DNA of 64,000 nt, from NCBI GenBank assembly GCA_951406725.2, contig OX597820.1:49104001-49168000 (forward strand), read 5' to 3'. Shown piece by piece: positions 43,970 to 58,530 of the stretch. A model generated the notes under the pieces. It saw nothing but the letters and a program-made list of their open reading frames with translations. It was not told the DNA's origin and made no database searches. This DNA is from Octopus vulgaris. Lineage: Eukaryota. A program made the position numbers and the translations under genes. How positions within the stretch are numbered: the stretch's first letter is position 1; every line of letters begins with the position of its first letter.

Positions 43970-43998
<29 letters not shown>
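42627..43998 (+). mobile_element. 5'-truncated CR1-like LINE, RT pseudogene with (AACT)n tail
   Basis: NYRPVSLTS, QHGF, NFAKAFDSVNH, GVPQGSVLGPLLF, LFADDVKL, VRPILEY and YEERLK.LDLYSLEKRRRRGDLI. A few in-frame stops, ORF end at 43901, then the (AACT)n tail. Confidence 0.95.
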
Positions 43999-44004
<6 letters not shown>

Positions 44005-44797
44005 CCTGTAGACAAATTTTACTGTAACATAAATGTTCTCATAGTAAAAATAACAACCCACTGTGAAATTCTTAGTAGACGTTAACGTTTGTTATCATAA
44101 AGATATCTACACACTCTACCAAACATATTGAGCTCTATATAGAATAAATTTTGACTGCGTCAAACATATTTTCATATAATTTACAACCCTTTCATTTTGA
44201 TATATTTATATATGTATGTACATGCACTCACACAGAAGGCGCGCAGAAGTACATGTATTGTTTCTCAATCGTTCCTCATATTAATTTTCTTTGCAAGTGA
44301 GAAAATTTTCTCTCTTATTAATTAAAAAGATTACACCATATTCTTTTCTTAATATTTAATCTAATTTCGATTCAACTGCTATATTCTTAATATTTTTATT
44401 CTGACCTGTCTCTACATAAATGTGTCTCATTAGCAAAAACTAATTAAACACACATAATTCTTACATTTGAAAAGGAGGAAAAGAAACAAGTGGAAATCGA
44501 TAAATCATTGGAAAACAATATTTGATAAAGTTAATATAACTCATCGCTTATTTTAGATCAAGTGGAGAGGAGACGGAATTTAAGCAGACATTCTGATATT
44601 TAGATTTTTTAAAACTCTTCCAAATATATATTCAGCCAAATTTGTCGATAGTGTACAGTTTCATAGTCCTTCACATCAAAGAAAACATTCCTCCTTGTAC
44701 TAAATCTGTGCATACATACATACATACATACATACATACATACATACTTACATACATATATGTATATATGTAGGAACATATATATGCTTATATGTAA

Positions 44798-44862
<65 letters not shown>

Positions 44863-44939
44863 TGTATGTATGCATGTATGTATGTATGTATGTATGTATG
44901 TATGTATGCAAAGAGGCAGAGAGAGAAAGAAACAGAATG

Positions 44940-44985
<46 letters not shown>

Positions 44986-45289
44986 AAAATGTCGCTTAGT
45001 CGCTCTGCACACCACATAGTCATACAAGTTCTCTATTTTCAACTATGGTCTGATGGGCTTCGAGTTATTTTCACTCTGATGTAAGTGAATAATTTTGCTT
45101 GTTTCAGTTGATTTCTACTATATATTAAAGTTTCCAAATTGTTATTCATTTTTATGTGTTACATATATTTTTAAAATGTAGTTCTATCTAACAAATTTAT
45201 TTCTTAGTATTTGAATTTTTTTTTCTGAACATGCGTATTATGCACATGTGTATGCCTATGTACGTGTAAATATATCTAAGCTTGAAATT

Positions 45290-46830
45290 GTCTTCTGGTG
45301 GTCATGTCCCTTTTTCTTCTTTGTATATGAACGGACACTTCACTCAACAGAATGAATTATATCTGTATTCTACCAGAGATTTAGGAATGTCATTCTCTTC
45401 ACACCGACTAGTGACAAAATCATCCTAATGGGAGACTTTTCTACGAATGTAATTCGTGACTACAATGCATGATTTATCCAGAGATGATACGACGTATGTA
45501 AAATGCATAGTAGTGGTGAACGCTAGACAAATAAAATTTTCGAGCTATGTGTTGTTGTCAATAATAAACACTTTTATCAAAATATAAAGATAAATTTACC
45601 AGGACAAATCCTTGTCCGAAACACTTTCATCTCATAGAATTTTCGTTGTAATACATAAGAGTGTATTTTAGTCATCTCTGCAACATTAAAGTTTTGGCAG
45701 CGCCACATGCTGGACAAGTTATTACCTACTACAAGTGAATCTGGTGGTTGTTAGGAGTATGTTTGCAACAAATAAAACAGTTCATAATGTTACCAAACTC
45801 TTGGACCGGATAAAATCTCCATATTTTCTATGATTTAACAACGTCATCGCCTAGGCGTCAAGGAAAAATTGTGCCACCTCTAGTAATAACTTGCGTCTCA
45901 TAAAGGAGAACTGCATAGGTGAAACTGAGAACAATCTAATCTTTAGGAGAGCAATGAGGAATTGCACCTGAAAGGGAAGCTTGAGCACCAGAAATATTTA
46001 TTAAGTGCCAGAAATCAGCTTTATGAATATAGCACTGTTTGGTTTAAGACCGGAACTACATGTACATGCCCACAGATATTCAAATAGTTTGAAAAAGTCA
46101 CAAAAACATTATGGTCAAATTCAAGTTACAAATATATGTTACTGGTTGTCTTAAATTCAAAGATGTATCTAATGTAATAAGTCATACTTAAAGTTTTTGG
46201 AAAGATAAATAGAGCATTTCATAAATATTTCATAAATATTCTCATTAGATTGATATTCATAGAAGACATGCAACAACTTGCTTATCAAAAACTGAACAGT
46301 TGTCCTAATACTGAGGAAATCAAATGTACCATAACATTTATGAAATCAGAGACTCGAAGCTTCAAAGGTATACTATCTGAAGTCATTAAATATGCTGTGG
46401 TGTGAGGGGCGCTCTTATGACTACAATTAGTACCAACTAATGCAATGGTTTACTAGTTCGACAGGATGAAATACACGTTTTGCTGATTTCCAAACTGGAA
46501 GAAAAAGTCCAACTGAAGCATTTTTTTTCACTTACTTCCTTACAAAGATACCTAGATGGTGATCTAGGCATCTTTTCTCTGCTTTAAACGCATGAGCAAT
46601 CATCAAAGCTGGCATAGGTATATTCAACTGTGTAACACTAATGTCTTCTTCAGTTTTTTTTTCCGACAAAGCATTGTTAGTGTTGAAATAGACGTTTATC
46701 GAGTGTGTATCGAGGGGAAAAAATCGACCATCTTATTCAACTTGTCAAAGGCTTTCGGTATATCAGTAAAATGTTGGTAAAAAGGGCATTTTTATGCCCA
46801 TCTGCAAATGTATGGTGCTAAATATAACTG
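45290..46830 (+). pseudogene. decayed RTE-like LINE (endonuclease and RT start)
   Basis: Ordered motifs TPTSDKIILMGDF, SGER, IINTF, ATCWT, PNTEEIK and LFNLSKAF. Confidence 0.7.
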
Positions 46831-47205
46831 ATCTGAAACTGCAATAAAACCCTGGAGCAACAATGGCCACTATATATGTCTGCAGATAATTCAACAATAG
46901 CCACGCCAAAATCCTAACAAGTGGTAAATCAAAGACACGTCATAACTCGACTTGTTGTATGCTAAAAGCTGTATTCTGGTGGCTTACACGGAACATGCAT
47001 TTAGAAGGTAGGACACATCGCCAGAATGGGAGAAAACGCTAATGATCTAAGTGATATGATATATATATATATAAAATGTAATATATAAATAAATATCTGT
47101 AAATATAAACCATCCGATCTTCTGAGTACCTCATTTCTTCTAATATATAATACCTGTACATCATCTCCAAACCTTCCAAAAATATATATATATATATATA
47201 TATAT

Positions 47206-47241
<36 letters not shown>

Positions 47242-47253
47242 AAAATATATATA

Positions 47254-47339
<86 letters not shown>

Positions 47340-47476
47340 CGGAGATGTACTTGCATAGCGAGAGACTTGATGTGAGATCGTGTGCTGGAACGAAAACAAT
47401 TGCAGCGTGGAAGGTCTTTATAAGCCATTTAAGAAATACACAAAACCGCTAGATTCACTTCAACATTCAAATTTAA

Positions 47477-47527
47477 TTTGTCAAAATATGTTCGTCGCTT
47501 TGAGACCGCGACCTGTTCACTGACAAA
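47477..47527 (-). ncRNA. hammerhead-like fold with G3:C8 core
   Basis: TTTGTCA-GTGAACA-G-GTCGC(GGTCTCAAA)GCGAC-GAAC-ATATT-T-TGACAAA. Stem I (7 bp) and stem II (5 bp) are perfect. Confidence 0.6.
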
Positions 47528-47553
47528 GCTTCACTGAGATGCAGCACGAAGCT

Positions 47554-47602
47554 TTTTCAGTGAACAGGTCGCGGTCTCAAACCGACGAAAATATTTTGAC
47601 AA
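47554..47602 (+). ncRNA. hammerhead-like fold with G3:C8 core (opposite arm)
   Basis: TTTTCA-GTGAACA-G-GTCGC(GGTCTCAAA)CCGAC-GAAA-ATATT-T-TGACAA. Confidence 0.6.
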
Positions 47603-47658
47603 CTTAAATTTAAATGTTGAAGTGAATCTAACGGTTTTGTGTGTTTCTTAAATGGCTG

Positions 47659-47714
<56 letters not shown>

Positions 47715-47716
<2 letters not shown>

Positions 47717-48420
47717 TTCTACTACTAAGCACTGACCTGTCCTCTAAGGAAACTAACCTATATTTCCAAATTCTTCATTCCACCATTTTACTATCCCTAC
47801 CTCCTCTCTCTGTCCTTCACTTAGGCTCTATCACTACATACCTCACACTCCTTTATACTTTACTCTCTCGTCTCTTTATATTCACATATCTTTCTCTTTC
47901 TCTCACCTTCACCTTCCCTTTCCTTCTATCAATTGATCCTGACTGACCAGTATCCAGTACACTTTCCCTCTCTTCATTTTTTTACTATCTCTCTCCTCGC
48001 TTTTCCTTTTTCTCTCTTTTTTTTTCTCTTCCTGTTTTTGGTTAAACCTCACAAACACATTCCCAACTTTTAAGTCACCTCAAAATAGCCCTCGATCCAA
48101 TAACACGGTTTACAAAACTCTATGCTTGGAATGACTAATTTTAAATACTATTGGCTCTTACACACAATGCACAGGAAAGTTATATGTTTAACATTCTGCT
48201 TAAATAATTGAACTGCAGGTACAATATCCCTGCATATCTCACGTCTGTTTTCATTCCTCCAATTCACTCTCTATTTCATATCTTCTCTAGAATAACTATT
48301 GCTTAACCATTCTCTCGCACCGTCTCCGATGAAGGGAAACAGCTGTAAGACCTTCTCTTTATAAATGTTCTGAAATTTTTCACAGCCTTGGATTTTTATC
48401 GCATTCTGTTAATTCTTTAT
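47715..48420 (+). mobile_element. probable PLE 3' end: pyrimidine-rich UTR ending in an HHR remnant
   Basis: Starts and ends at TA tracts. 48322-48351 reads GTCT-CCGATGA-AGG-GAAA-CAGCTGT-A-AGAC, with stems I and III intact and stem II missing. Confidence 0.6.
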
Positions 48421-48584
48421 ATATATACATATTTATAAAACTGGCTTCTTTCAGTTTCCGCTTACCAAATCCACTCACACATTGATTAACACTTTGCTTT
48501 ACACAGAGATTCTCAATCGAGGTCCATATGTTCCTTGGCGTGCCCATATTATATTTTGGTGTCAAAACTTGTGTGCAATTAACT

Positions 48585-48804
48585 GCTTTCGCGGGAACGC
48601 TGAAAAGTTCTTGTCTTTAAGGGTGTTGCGAAAGGCATGGTTGGGGGCAGAAACTTCCGAGTTCTTTTACAGGGTTTAGAAAAACTGAAGAACAGCTGCA
48701 CTAAGTGAGTGTATCTGAGAGGGGAATAAGTTGAATAAAATCATAATTAACTGATCCTCCTGTATTTTTTAACGAAACCAGGAACATTTCCGTACCCCAC
48801 TTGT
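48585..48804 (+). mobile_element. non-autonomous mariner derivative
   Basis: Decayed TIRs (GCTGAAAAGTTCTTG / CCAGGAACATTTCCG) around a transposase-like tail FF..GLEKLKNSCTK*VYLRGE*VE. Confidence 0.65.
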
Positions 48805-49310
48805 GTACTTCTACAATACACAAAATGGTTTAAGTTTTCTTTATACTCTTCCTCATGAAATTTCCTCATAGAAATGCAGTAGGATTTTCTTAAATTCATT
48901 GAAAGGTTATGGAAGTATAGTCGATTAAAATAGGAACCAAAATGTTCCATAGGTAAAATATGGTTGAAAACCAGTAGACTCGAACAACCTATCTGTTGGA
49001 CTGTTCCGCAATTCTTTAAGAAAAAACTCATCATTCTTCATTTGAAGCTAAACGACAATGTTATGGAATTAGATCTAAACTAATTATATAAACGATCTCT
49101 ACCTTTGATTTTATCTATTAACAGAGTGATGAAATGTCAGTGTGAGTAAAAGTATTTTAGTAATTATTAGGCTACGCTATCAATGAATCAACTTCACTGC
49201 ATCAAGATAAGATTACTATAATCCCAGAGTAATATATTTCAACTTTGGAATTATATAACTGCTAAGATTAATTCAATATACAATTCCTGAAATCTAAGTG
49301 CACACACACG

Positions 49311-49378
<68 letters not shown>

Positions 49379-49864
49379 TTGGACAACAAAATGGAAGCAC
49401 CAAGCATCATAGATTCATAATAGAAAAATAAATAATAATTATATGTATAAACATGTAGAACATCAACCCAACTGTAAATCTTCACACATACTTTGAAAAT
49501 AATATATTGATTTATTACATATAGCAGTATATTAGTATTAATGTGCATATTCATAAAATGTATTTCTTATCTTCTAATGAAACAGCTATAAAGATGATAC
49601 TATATATTTCTGTTTTGTGTTAATATATACTCTACTTTATAAATTCACCACGAATTTCAACTAAATATCCGACTTATCGTTTCTGGTAAAACATCTACGT
49701 ACATACATCTCATTACAAGTATGTACAGATGTGCTTCACGAGGATATAGCTTGGGTTATAGAATGACGGTCAGACAGACAAGCAAATAAATAGATAAATA
49801 GATTGATAAATAGACAGACAGATAAATAAATAGATAGATAGATAGATAGATAGATATAGATAGA

Positions 49865-49900
<36 letters not shown>

Positions 49901-50804
49901 GAGATGCATTTACATTTACACATATATGTATGTATTATATGTAGAAACTAGATAGCTATATTCCTAACATGACACATCCTAATGCACCAAATCGAAGCCT
50001 ATATTCACAGAAGACGTTAGTCATGTAATGTGACATATCTTTGCAGTTTCACCCCTAAACTGTATGAAATAAGTCATCAGCAAAATGGATAGCTCATATA
50101 CTTAAATATCAGAGCTGTGATTAGCTACCTAACGGTACGTTCTCGTCTTCCTCGCCCTTCAGTTGGTGTTTTACGCAACGGTCTTACTTGAACTTTATAC
50201 CAAACGATAGGAGAACAATAGAGTATATGACAAGACTAGTTGAACGTTAATATATATACCGCTAGAAAAAAAATAACGTATTGTCTTAAGCAGACCATGA
50301 AGATTCTCTGATTTGCTATGCTAGAGAGTAGAAAGAAAAACATCGAAAGATTTCTGCGGCAACCAGATATAATTTTGAATATCATCAGTCACATGCAAAA
50401 GTCTTTTACAAGATATTTAATAATCCAATTTGTTGTCAACTAATTAGAAAGTAAATAGAGATGTGATGATTGTGTATTTGAAATAAATAAATAAATTGGA
50501 ATTTAGAAAATTATAATACAGCCATATTAATGCAAGTGTTTAACTTAGATTAATCTTCGAGGTTAACTATATGTTTCCAAGACATATCTAAGATACACAC
50601 ATCCAGAAACAAACGCACAAACACAAGCGCACAGGCATAGACAGTAGTTAACTCATTTCTCAACCACTCGTCATAGCAATCTGACCGTTCATTACAAAAA
50701 TTCGCAGCTTCTTGCTTCGATGTATCTCTTCGCATCTCTATTTGCGATGATTTTCTTCTATCTATCATCACGTAGAACTGTTATTCTAAATTTCTCAAAG
50801 TAAA

Positions 50805-50894
50805 GGCGCAGGTTAGATGTGAGGTAAGAAGCTTGCTTCCCAATCACTAGGCTCCGGATTTAGTCACACTGCATGGTATGTTGGATAAGTCTTC

Positions 50895-50897
<3 letters not shown>
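50805..50897 (+). mobile_element. SINE family B head fragment
   Basis: GGCGCAGG..TGTGAGGTAAGAAGCTTGCTTCCCAATCAC. Confidence 0.7.
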
Positions 50898-50942
<45 letters not shown>

Positions 50943-50943
<1 letters not shown>

Positions 50944-51336
50944 TAACAGTATCGCCCGGCGTTGCTCGGGTTTGTAAGGGAAATAACTATACAGCATTTT
51001 TAGAGAGTTATAGCCAAAAAATAGCAAAAAATGCATTAAAAATGGAAAAAATATGATGGTAATTTTTTTTTAAATCGTTGACTCATCGTAGACATTTTTA
51101 GAGAGTTACTTCCCTTTAAAAAAATATGCATGAAAATGGAAAAAAATAATGGTAAATTATTTTTAAAATCGTAGACTCATCGTAGACGTGCGCTAATACC
51201 CAGAAGGGATCGATATGAATCACCACTATAAGATACCCGGTTTTAGTTAAACTGCACCGCAAAATGTGGGAGTAGTTAGGAATCTAAATCGAAGGGGACA
51301 GACACTCACACAACTACAGTTTTATATATATATAGA
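50943..51336 (-). mobile_element. non-autonomous Helitron
   Basis: 5' A|TCTATATATATATAAAACTG, 3' hairpin CCCGAGCAACGCCGGG, ending CTGTTAG|T. Contains internal tandem duplications. Confidence 0.85.
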
Positions 51337-51384
51337 TATATTATTTATATTTATGTACATACCTACATATATATGTATATATGT

Positions 51385-51710
51385 GGGTACAGGATGTCGA
51401 AAAAACTTGAACAAAATGAAAAACGGGAACATAAAAAAACAAAAGGCATGGAAAACGAATTTTTTTTCGAACTACGAAAGAAAGAAATAGAGAATCGGGA
51501 CAGGCAATATAAAAAAAAAACAATCCCGTCATCCTTCCGAAGTAGATAAAACAGGGGAGAACTGATGAAGGGAATGTTCTTTATGTTGCCTGTCTCGTTT
51601 CTCGAATCGTGTCTTTCCTTGTTTGAAAAATGTTCGTTTTCAATGTTTTTGTTCTTTTTAAGTTCTCGTTTTTCATGTTGTTCTGTTTTTTTTTTAGACG
51701 TCTTGCACCG
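51385..51710. repeat. older (TA)n-flanked foldback element, family H6
   Basis: Arms of about 150 bp at 51385-51533 and 51563-51710, roughly three-quarters matched by eye. CTGATGA at the start of the right arm. Confidence 0.8.
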
Positions 51711-51823
<113 letters not shown>

Positions 51824-51970
51824 CATGTACATATATCTATGTATATATGCATATATATTATTTATATCGTTATATGATCTAACGCCACGCATCCGTTTCC
51901 AAGTAAGTCTTATCTCGCTCTCACTCTCTCTCTTTCACTCTCTCGTTCTCTTTCTTTCTTTCTCTCTCGC

Positions 51971-52078
<108 letters not shown>

Positions 52079-52114
52079 TGTGTGTATGTATGTGTATGTA
52101 TGTATTTATGGGAT

Positions 52115-52275
52115 TTTGTGTGTGTGTCCTTCACTGCCGTTGTTGTATTTACGTCCCCGTAGAAAACTGACTGAATAAATACGATGCAATAAGCACTGGG
52201 GGCTATTTATTCGACAAAGAATACAGTGCTCTATAATGACTGCGGCCTAATGAATGAAATAAGTAAAAGATAAAA
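52115..52275 (+). mobile_element. SINE family B tail
   Basis: TTTACGTCCCCGTA..AATAAGCACTGGGG..GAAATAAGTAAAAGATAAAAG. Confidence 0.65.
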
Positions 52276-52392
52276 GTTATGTTTTCACTTTCCCAATTTC
52301 TCTTTTCTATATTTCTCTTATCTATATTTCATCCTGTTTCTTTCTTTTGCCTGTACATAAATACATACATACATACACACACGTACACACAG

Positions 52393-52435
<43 letters not shown>

Positions 52436-52659
52436 CATGCATACATACATACATACATACGTACATACATATATAATCTTGCATCCTCGAGCCGTCACTT
52501 CTTCTTCTCCTCCACCTCCTCCTCCTCCTCCTCCTCCTCCTTCTTCTTCTTCTTCTTCTACTTCATATACTACTACCTCTTCTTTTTCTTCTTCTTCTTC
52601 TTCTTCTTCTTCTTCTTCTGCTCACCAGGTCCTTTTCTCTCTCTCTCTCTCTCCCTCTT

Positions 52660-52698
<39 letters not shown>

Positions 52699-53234
52699 AT
52701 GCATATATCTATATATGTGTGCGAATGTGTGTTTTTGCATTTCTTTATCTTCTTTAAGCATTGTACACTTACTTCCCGCCTTCCCATATTTCTTTCCTTC
52801 TTCATTAATACCACTCGCCTTCTTTACATCTCACTCAAAGCTAACAGACGCATTTATTAAGATTCACACAGATTTGCAAACTTCTTTACATTCTAAATCC
52901 AAGTCTGCTAATTACGGTTAAAATTGCATCGGAATTATTTAAAAATTGTTTTAAAATGCAATTTTACCTTAATCTAAACAACTTGTAGCAAAGTAGTGAC
53001 AATGCCACTTCTTTGTTTTAATGCCATTTTCTTTACATTTTCTTCGATGCGTTAGGATTAGGAGTTAATGACACAGCAGAAGATATTTTGAATCATAAAT
53101 AGCACCACTGAAGCTACGTTGTTTTTGCCAATTTCTTTTACATTCACTACATCATCTTCACTCTTTTCCTGTTATTTTCTGTCTTTTTTCTTCTTCTTCT
53201 TAAAGACATAGTGATACATACAGCAAAATAAACC

Positions 53235-53275
<41 letters not shown>

Positions 53276-53450
53276 AAATTGTTACGCAGACCAATATATA
53301 CTCACAAACACGTGGGTACAAGCATATATTCACAATATATATATATATATGTGTGTGTGTGTGTATGTGTTTTAAGTGTGTGTAAGTACAAATCGGATTG
53401 AGTAAATGAGTGTCATTATGTATATATTTAAGTCGATGTGTAATTATGTT

Positions 53451-53527
<77 letters not shown>

Positions 53528-53593
53528 TTGTGTGTGTGTGTGTCTGCGTATGTATGTGCGCATATATATATATGCATATATATATATGTATGC

Positions 53594-53651
<58 letters not shown>

Positions 53652-53866
53652 ACACACAAACACCCACTCACACGCACACACACACGCACACGCATACGGA
53701 CTCAAACAGAGAAAGAACTTAACACATTACAAGCAAGTGATTGTATATTTGATGTTGAACATAATAGCCGAGCGATTATACATAATAAACTATCTCGAAA
53801 TTAAACACACTCCATACGCATTTCGGCAAGCACGAACACATCCACTCACACATTTCGAAAATACGC

Positions 53867-53969
<103 letters not shown>

Positions 53970-54406
53970 TGTGTGTGTGTGTGTTTATATGTACATATAT
54001 ATATATAGATATACAAACATATGTGTGTTTGCGTATCTGTGTATATATGTGTATAATATATATTTCTTCTGTCTGCAGCTAATAATATTGACAGTTAATG
54101 CACAATAGAACATTAGCACATACATATACATTAACACTCCTAAATACTAATCTATTGTAGCATACATTTACGAACATACAGTCAACCACATCGATACACA
54201 GATTGCAACAACATAAAGAGCCGCAATAGCAACAAAAGACAAAAAAATTTCGGCAGCTAATCTACATTGAAGAATTGGTTTAAAACAGTGATGTACATTA
54301 ACTTGTCCATTTGCGAACAACCGCCAATCACGTCACCCACTTATACGTACACAAGAAATCAGTTATAAGTTAGTATATATATATGTCTGTATATATGTGT
54401 ATATAC

Positions 54407-54462
<56 letters not shown>

Positions 54463-54489
54463 GTATATACACATATATACAGACATACG

Positions 54490-54521
<32 letters not shown>

Positions 54522-54614
54522 TATACACCTGCTTCTTGTAAATACACCTGTTTTCGTCTTTTGTTTTTCTGTAAATTTCAACTTATATATATATACACAT
54601 ATATACATATATAT

Positions 54615-54670
<56 letters not shown>

Positions 54671-54692
54671 TTTATGTACACACGCACACATG

Positions 54693-54764
<72 letters not shown>

Positions 54765-54937
54765 GGTACGAATGTTTCACATCAAAAATGCACTTAATGA
54801 TTGCATTTGTGTATTCTTCAGCTGTAGGGTGTACATATTATTTCATAGACAATTTTGTATTTACGTGTATGTGTCTATATGTATGTGTATATATGTAACT
54901 ACATATATGTATATTTTGAGAGAGAGGGAATAGATAG

Positions 54938-54979
<42 letters not shown>

Positions 54980-55375
54980 CGAAAGAGCGAGAGACGGAGA
55001 GGTAGAGAGAGAAATTGAGAGAGAGAGAGTGAGAGTTGCACGTACATACATATGTTGAATCTAATGTGTTGTTCAGGAATTTGGAGCTTTCTGCCATTCA
55101 GCTTTTCGTATTGAGAGTTGAAATTTCCTGTTGATTCATTTATAGCTTTGTCATAGAAGTTTAAAGAATATTTTAGTACATAACTTAAATTCCATATTAT
55201 TCTCGTGCATGCTATTGCAAAGACATGGCTGCAAGATTCTGCAAATATGAAGTGGTTTACCGGTGTGTATGTGTACACGTAGAAGGACAAGCTACATACT
55301 TATAAAATTTGGGCTTTTTAGAACTTATTTCTCCTCTATACAGACACTAGCTTTCTCTCTCACATCTCTCTCAGG

Positions 55376-55424
<49 letters not shown>

Positions 55425-55777
55425 CTCTCCCACACACACACAATCATACACACGCACACGCACAGAGACGCATACCAACGCACACACAGACGCATACGTG
55501 CGCGCACTCATACTCATAACTATATAAGTAATCGAGTGACTTCACATGTTCACGCATATGCAAGCGCACATATATCTCCATACATTCACTGTAGTGAGCA
55601 TCGGTGGATATCGCAAATTTTCAAACAGTGTCAGATCTCGGAAATATCTGTAAATTCATTTGAATTAAGTATACACATGTCCAGTTACGTACTCATGTCT
55701 GTACTTCTGGATGCAGTATGTCTATATATGCAGTATCTATCTATCTATCTCTCTCTCTCACTCTCTCTCTCTCACTC

Positions 55778-55827
<50 letters not shown>

Positions 55828-55844
55828 GTATATATCTATTTATC

Positions 55845-55932
<88 letters not shown>

Positions 55933-56751
55933 GAGGCATAGCGGCATAACTACAAAGATAATTAAACTTTAGGGGCGGGTAAATTACTTGAGTAGATCGT
56001 TTCCAGAAATTTTTTAGAATTTTTTGTTGAAGAAAATGACAAAAGACGGGTTCCTAAAGAAGTACAAAACGTAATCATTCTTACCAGAAGTGGACTCATT
56101 TAATATCAGAATAGGCTTTTAGAGAAGAAATAAGGGTTTAAGTATAATGAAGTTGACTTTTATTTGTGCTAGACGGTATACTGATTGCTTTTTCCGTATA
56201 AATTTACTAAAACCATTACTTGTTGAAATCTGACGGCCATGCTGATAATCACGGTCCAGGCCACATTTTACGGTTGAATAAAATATCATCTAAGATGATG
56301 TTTATTGGTAATTAAACTTAATTTGCAATACCTGTGCGTATTTATCAGCTTTGTTTTTGTTGGTAATTCTTATTAAAAACTTTTTCTTGCAATCGTGATT
56401 TGAGAAGACATGCAGCAATATGCTAAAGATCGGACATAATCTCTTGAGCGTAAGAAATTTAGAATGATGTTTATTATAAACAACACAAACAATTTGTAAT
56501 TTGATAGCTTTTGATGTGATACTTGTTAAACAGAAATTATTTTATCTAAAAATTTAATAAGATCTAAGCATAAGTAAGTGAAATTATGCTAAATACAACT
56601 AAACTGAAAACTTTTTTTCTCTCTGGCCATATAGGAAATTCTGAAAATTCGTGGGTGCGAATTTTACATGAGTAGAAGCGTTTTTAACTTTTTATCCTGA
56701 AAATCACCCGCGTAAAATACACAAGTTGCGCAAATTACATTGGGTTTTACA

Positions 56752-56789
<38 letters not shown>

Positions 56790-58089
56790 AATCGTTCTTC
56801 AGTGCGAGTTTATATTAGCAGGTACACATTCTACGCATATGCACTTAATTTTATTCCTCTTTATACTTAAGAAGAGATCCGCCTGTGAGTTTTTAAAGTT
56901 ATGTGCTATAGTCGTGTGTCATTACGTTTTATTATTATAGTGACCCACACACTATTCAGAAGCGATTTATCGAAAAGGTAAGTTATTTATCAAGACAAAA
57001 CATTAAGAGAGCAATCACTTGTAGAAAAACGCAAAATAATGTATAAATCATGATCCGCTAGCTTATTTGAATGTCAGTTCATATATCATTTGGCATTATC
57101 TACATTCGCCCACAACAATTTTTTTTCATTGCAGTAGTAAGAATTAAGCTGAATCTCTCACAACAGAATGCAAAAAAGTTCAACCAATAACAAAATTAAT
57201 ATGCCATTAGCAGATACACAATATATTTTAACTGCTTCCAGAAGAGCAAATTCTATATAACAAAGTTCATAACTGAAATCAAACTAAATGTCTTACATAC
57301 GTCTAAACATTTTCTTAAACAAGATTTCAGCAACTTTGTTCCTTTTATAGAGAAACAATCTGGGAGAAATACCACTACACACTACATATAAGTTTGGGTT
57401 ACGTAGGATAGTGTTATTAAATATCAGCTGATCAATGGAATTATATTTTGTCACCGCGTGTAATATCCGGAAATAAGTATATTAATTTCTCGCATCAGGG
57501 CGCATTAGCGAATAATTAATTAGCTGATTTATGCAAGAAAGAGCCTCTGTTCTTGTTAGATACTTCGACACAGGGTAGCTTTGAAAGAGAAGGCAAGCGA
57601 TAAATTCAAAACATTACGGTGTCTCAAAGTTACCTTACTCCAGTGAAATCACGTGTTATATGAAACTGTTAGAAATTATTGGTCAATAGTAGAAATATTA
57701 TTCGAAATTTCTAAGCTTTCATTTCTCGCTTCAAGATGGTATCCACTCAGTACAATTAATTTGTTTATAAGTAAATATGTTCACTATGACTCACTTACTG
57801 AGATATTTTGATGTGTAGTATATTTCTGAAATATAGTACATTCTAATACTGTGTACAAATATCTGTGAAAGTTGTTTTCTTTATTTTGCTCCCGTGAAAT
57901 ATTTCAAAATTTGGCATTATGAGTATCTGGTCTTTGAATTTTCAGTACTCTGATTTTTAGTTATTCATAATTAAGCTTTCTCGCATTCCACAAACTCATA
58001 TTTACATTTGTGACTCAATTTCCTTTTCGCTATATTTGTACCAGGTTGTGTTAGGATTTTTTTTTTCCGGATTTTCACCAATGATATTT

Positions 58090-58530
58090 TGCAACTTGTA
58101 TCTCTGTTTATTCTTTAGTCTACAGCTGTGAAAATGAATGGTACAAAAATAGGAATTACAACAATTTTACTCTACCTGTGTAAAAACATGCTTAGTATAA
58201 AGGCAGTAGGAAAAGAAATGAATGATGTGGAAGGCCCAGGAACTGACAACAGACATTTCAAGAAAGGTGACACCAGTCTTGAAGACAATTCAATGCCAGG
58301 AGACATTTTGTTCTGTAAGATGAAGCTTTGCTGGAATGGTTGAAGAAAAGTCAAGCACAAGCGCTCGAACTTGGTCCGTCACAAAGCACCATTAATAGAC
58401 AATTCCATAAGCTCGGCCTTGTGAGCAGACCTGTCGAGTAGCTCCTCAGGAATTTAACAAGGACCAGGCTCAACTACGTGTGAACAAGTGTTGGTAAATC
58501 CTCTAGAAGCCCATTTTTGGCGTCGAATTG
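58090..58530 (+). mobile_element. decayed mariner N-terminal fragment
   Basis: ILLY..EMNDVEGPGT..RHFKKGDTSLED (cf. FxxGDxSLED) and FWRRI. Confidence 0.7.

Larger units (their letters stand above)
47338..47657. repeat. (TA)n-flanked foldback element, family H5
   Basis: Arms 47423-47532 and 47548-47657, with an unpaired leader at 47338-47422. Confidence 0.95.

Noticed and set aside
51555-51620. Complete HHR after CTGATGA in family H6
   Set aside because: No convincing stem II, GAAA and stem III in either copy.
52495-52620. Poly-Pro/poly-Ser coding tract
   Set aside because: It is a (CCT)n/(CTT)n microsatellite among other simple repeats with no exon context.
55930-56755. pogo-like non-autonomous element
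   Set aside because: Only one TIR-like end (..GGTTTTACAGTA) and no matching left end found.
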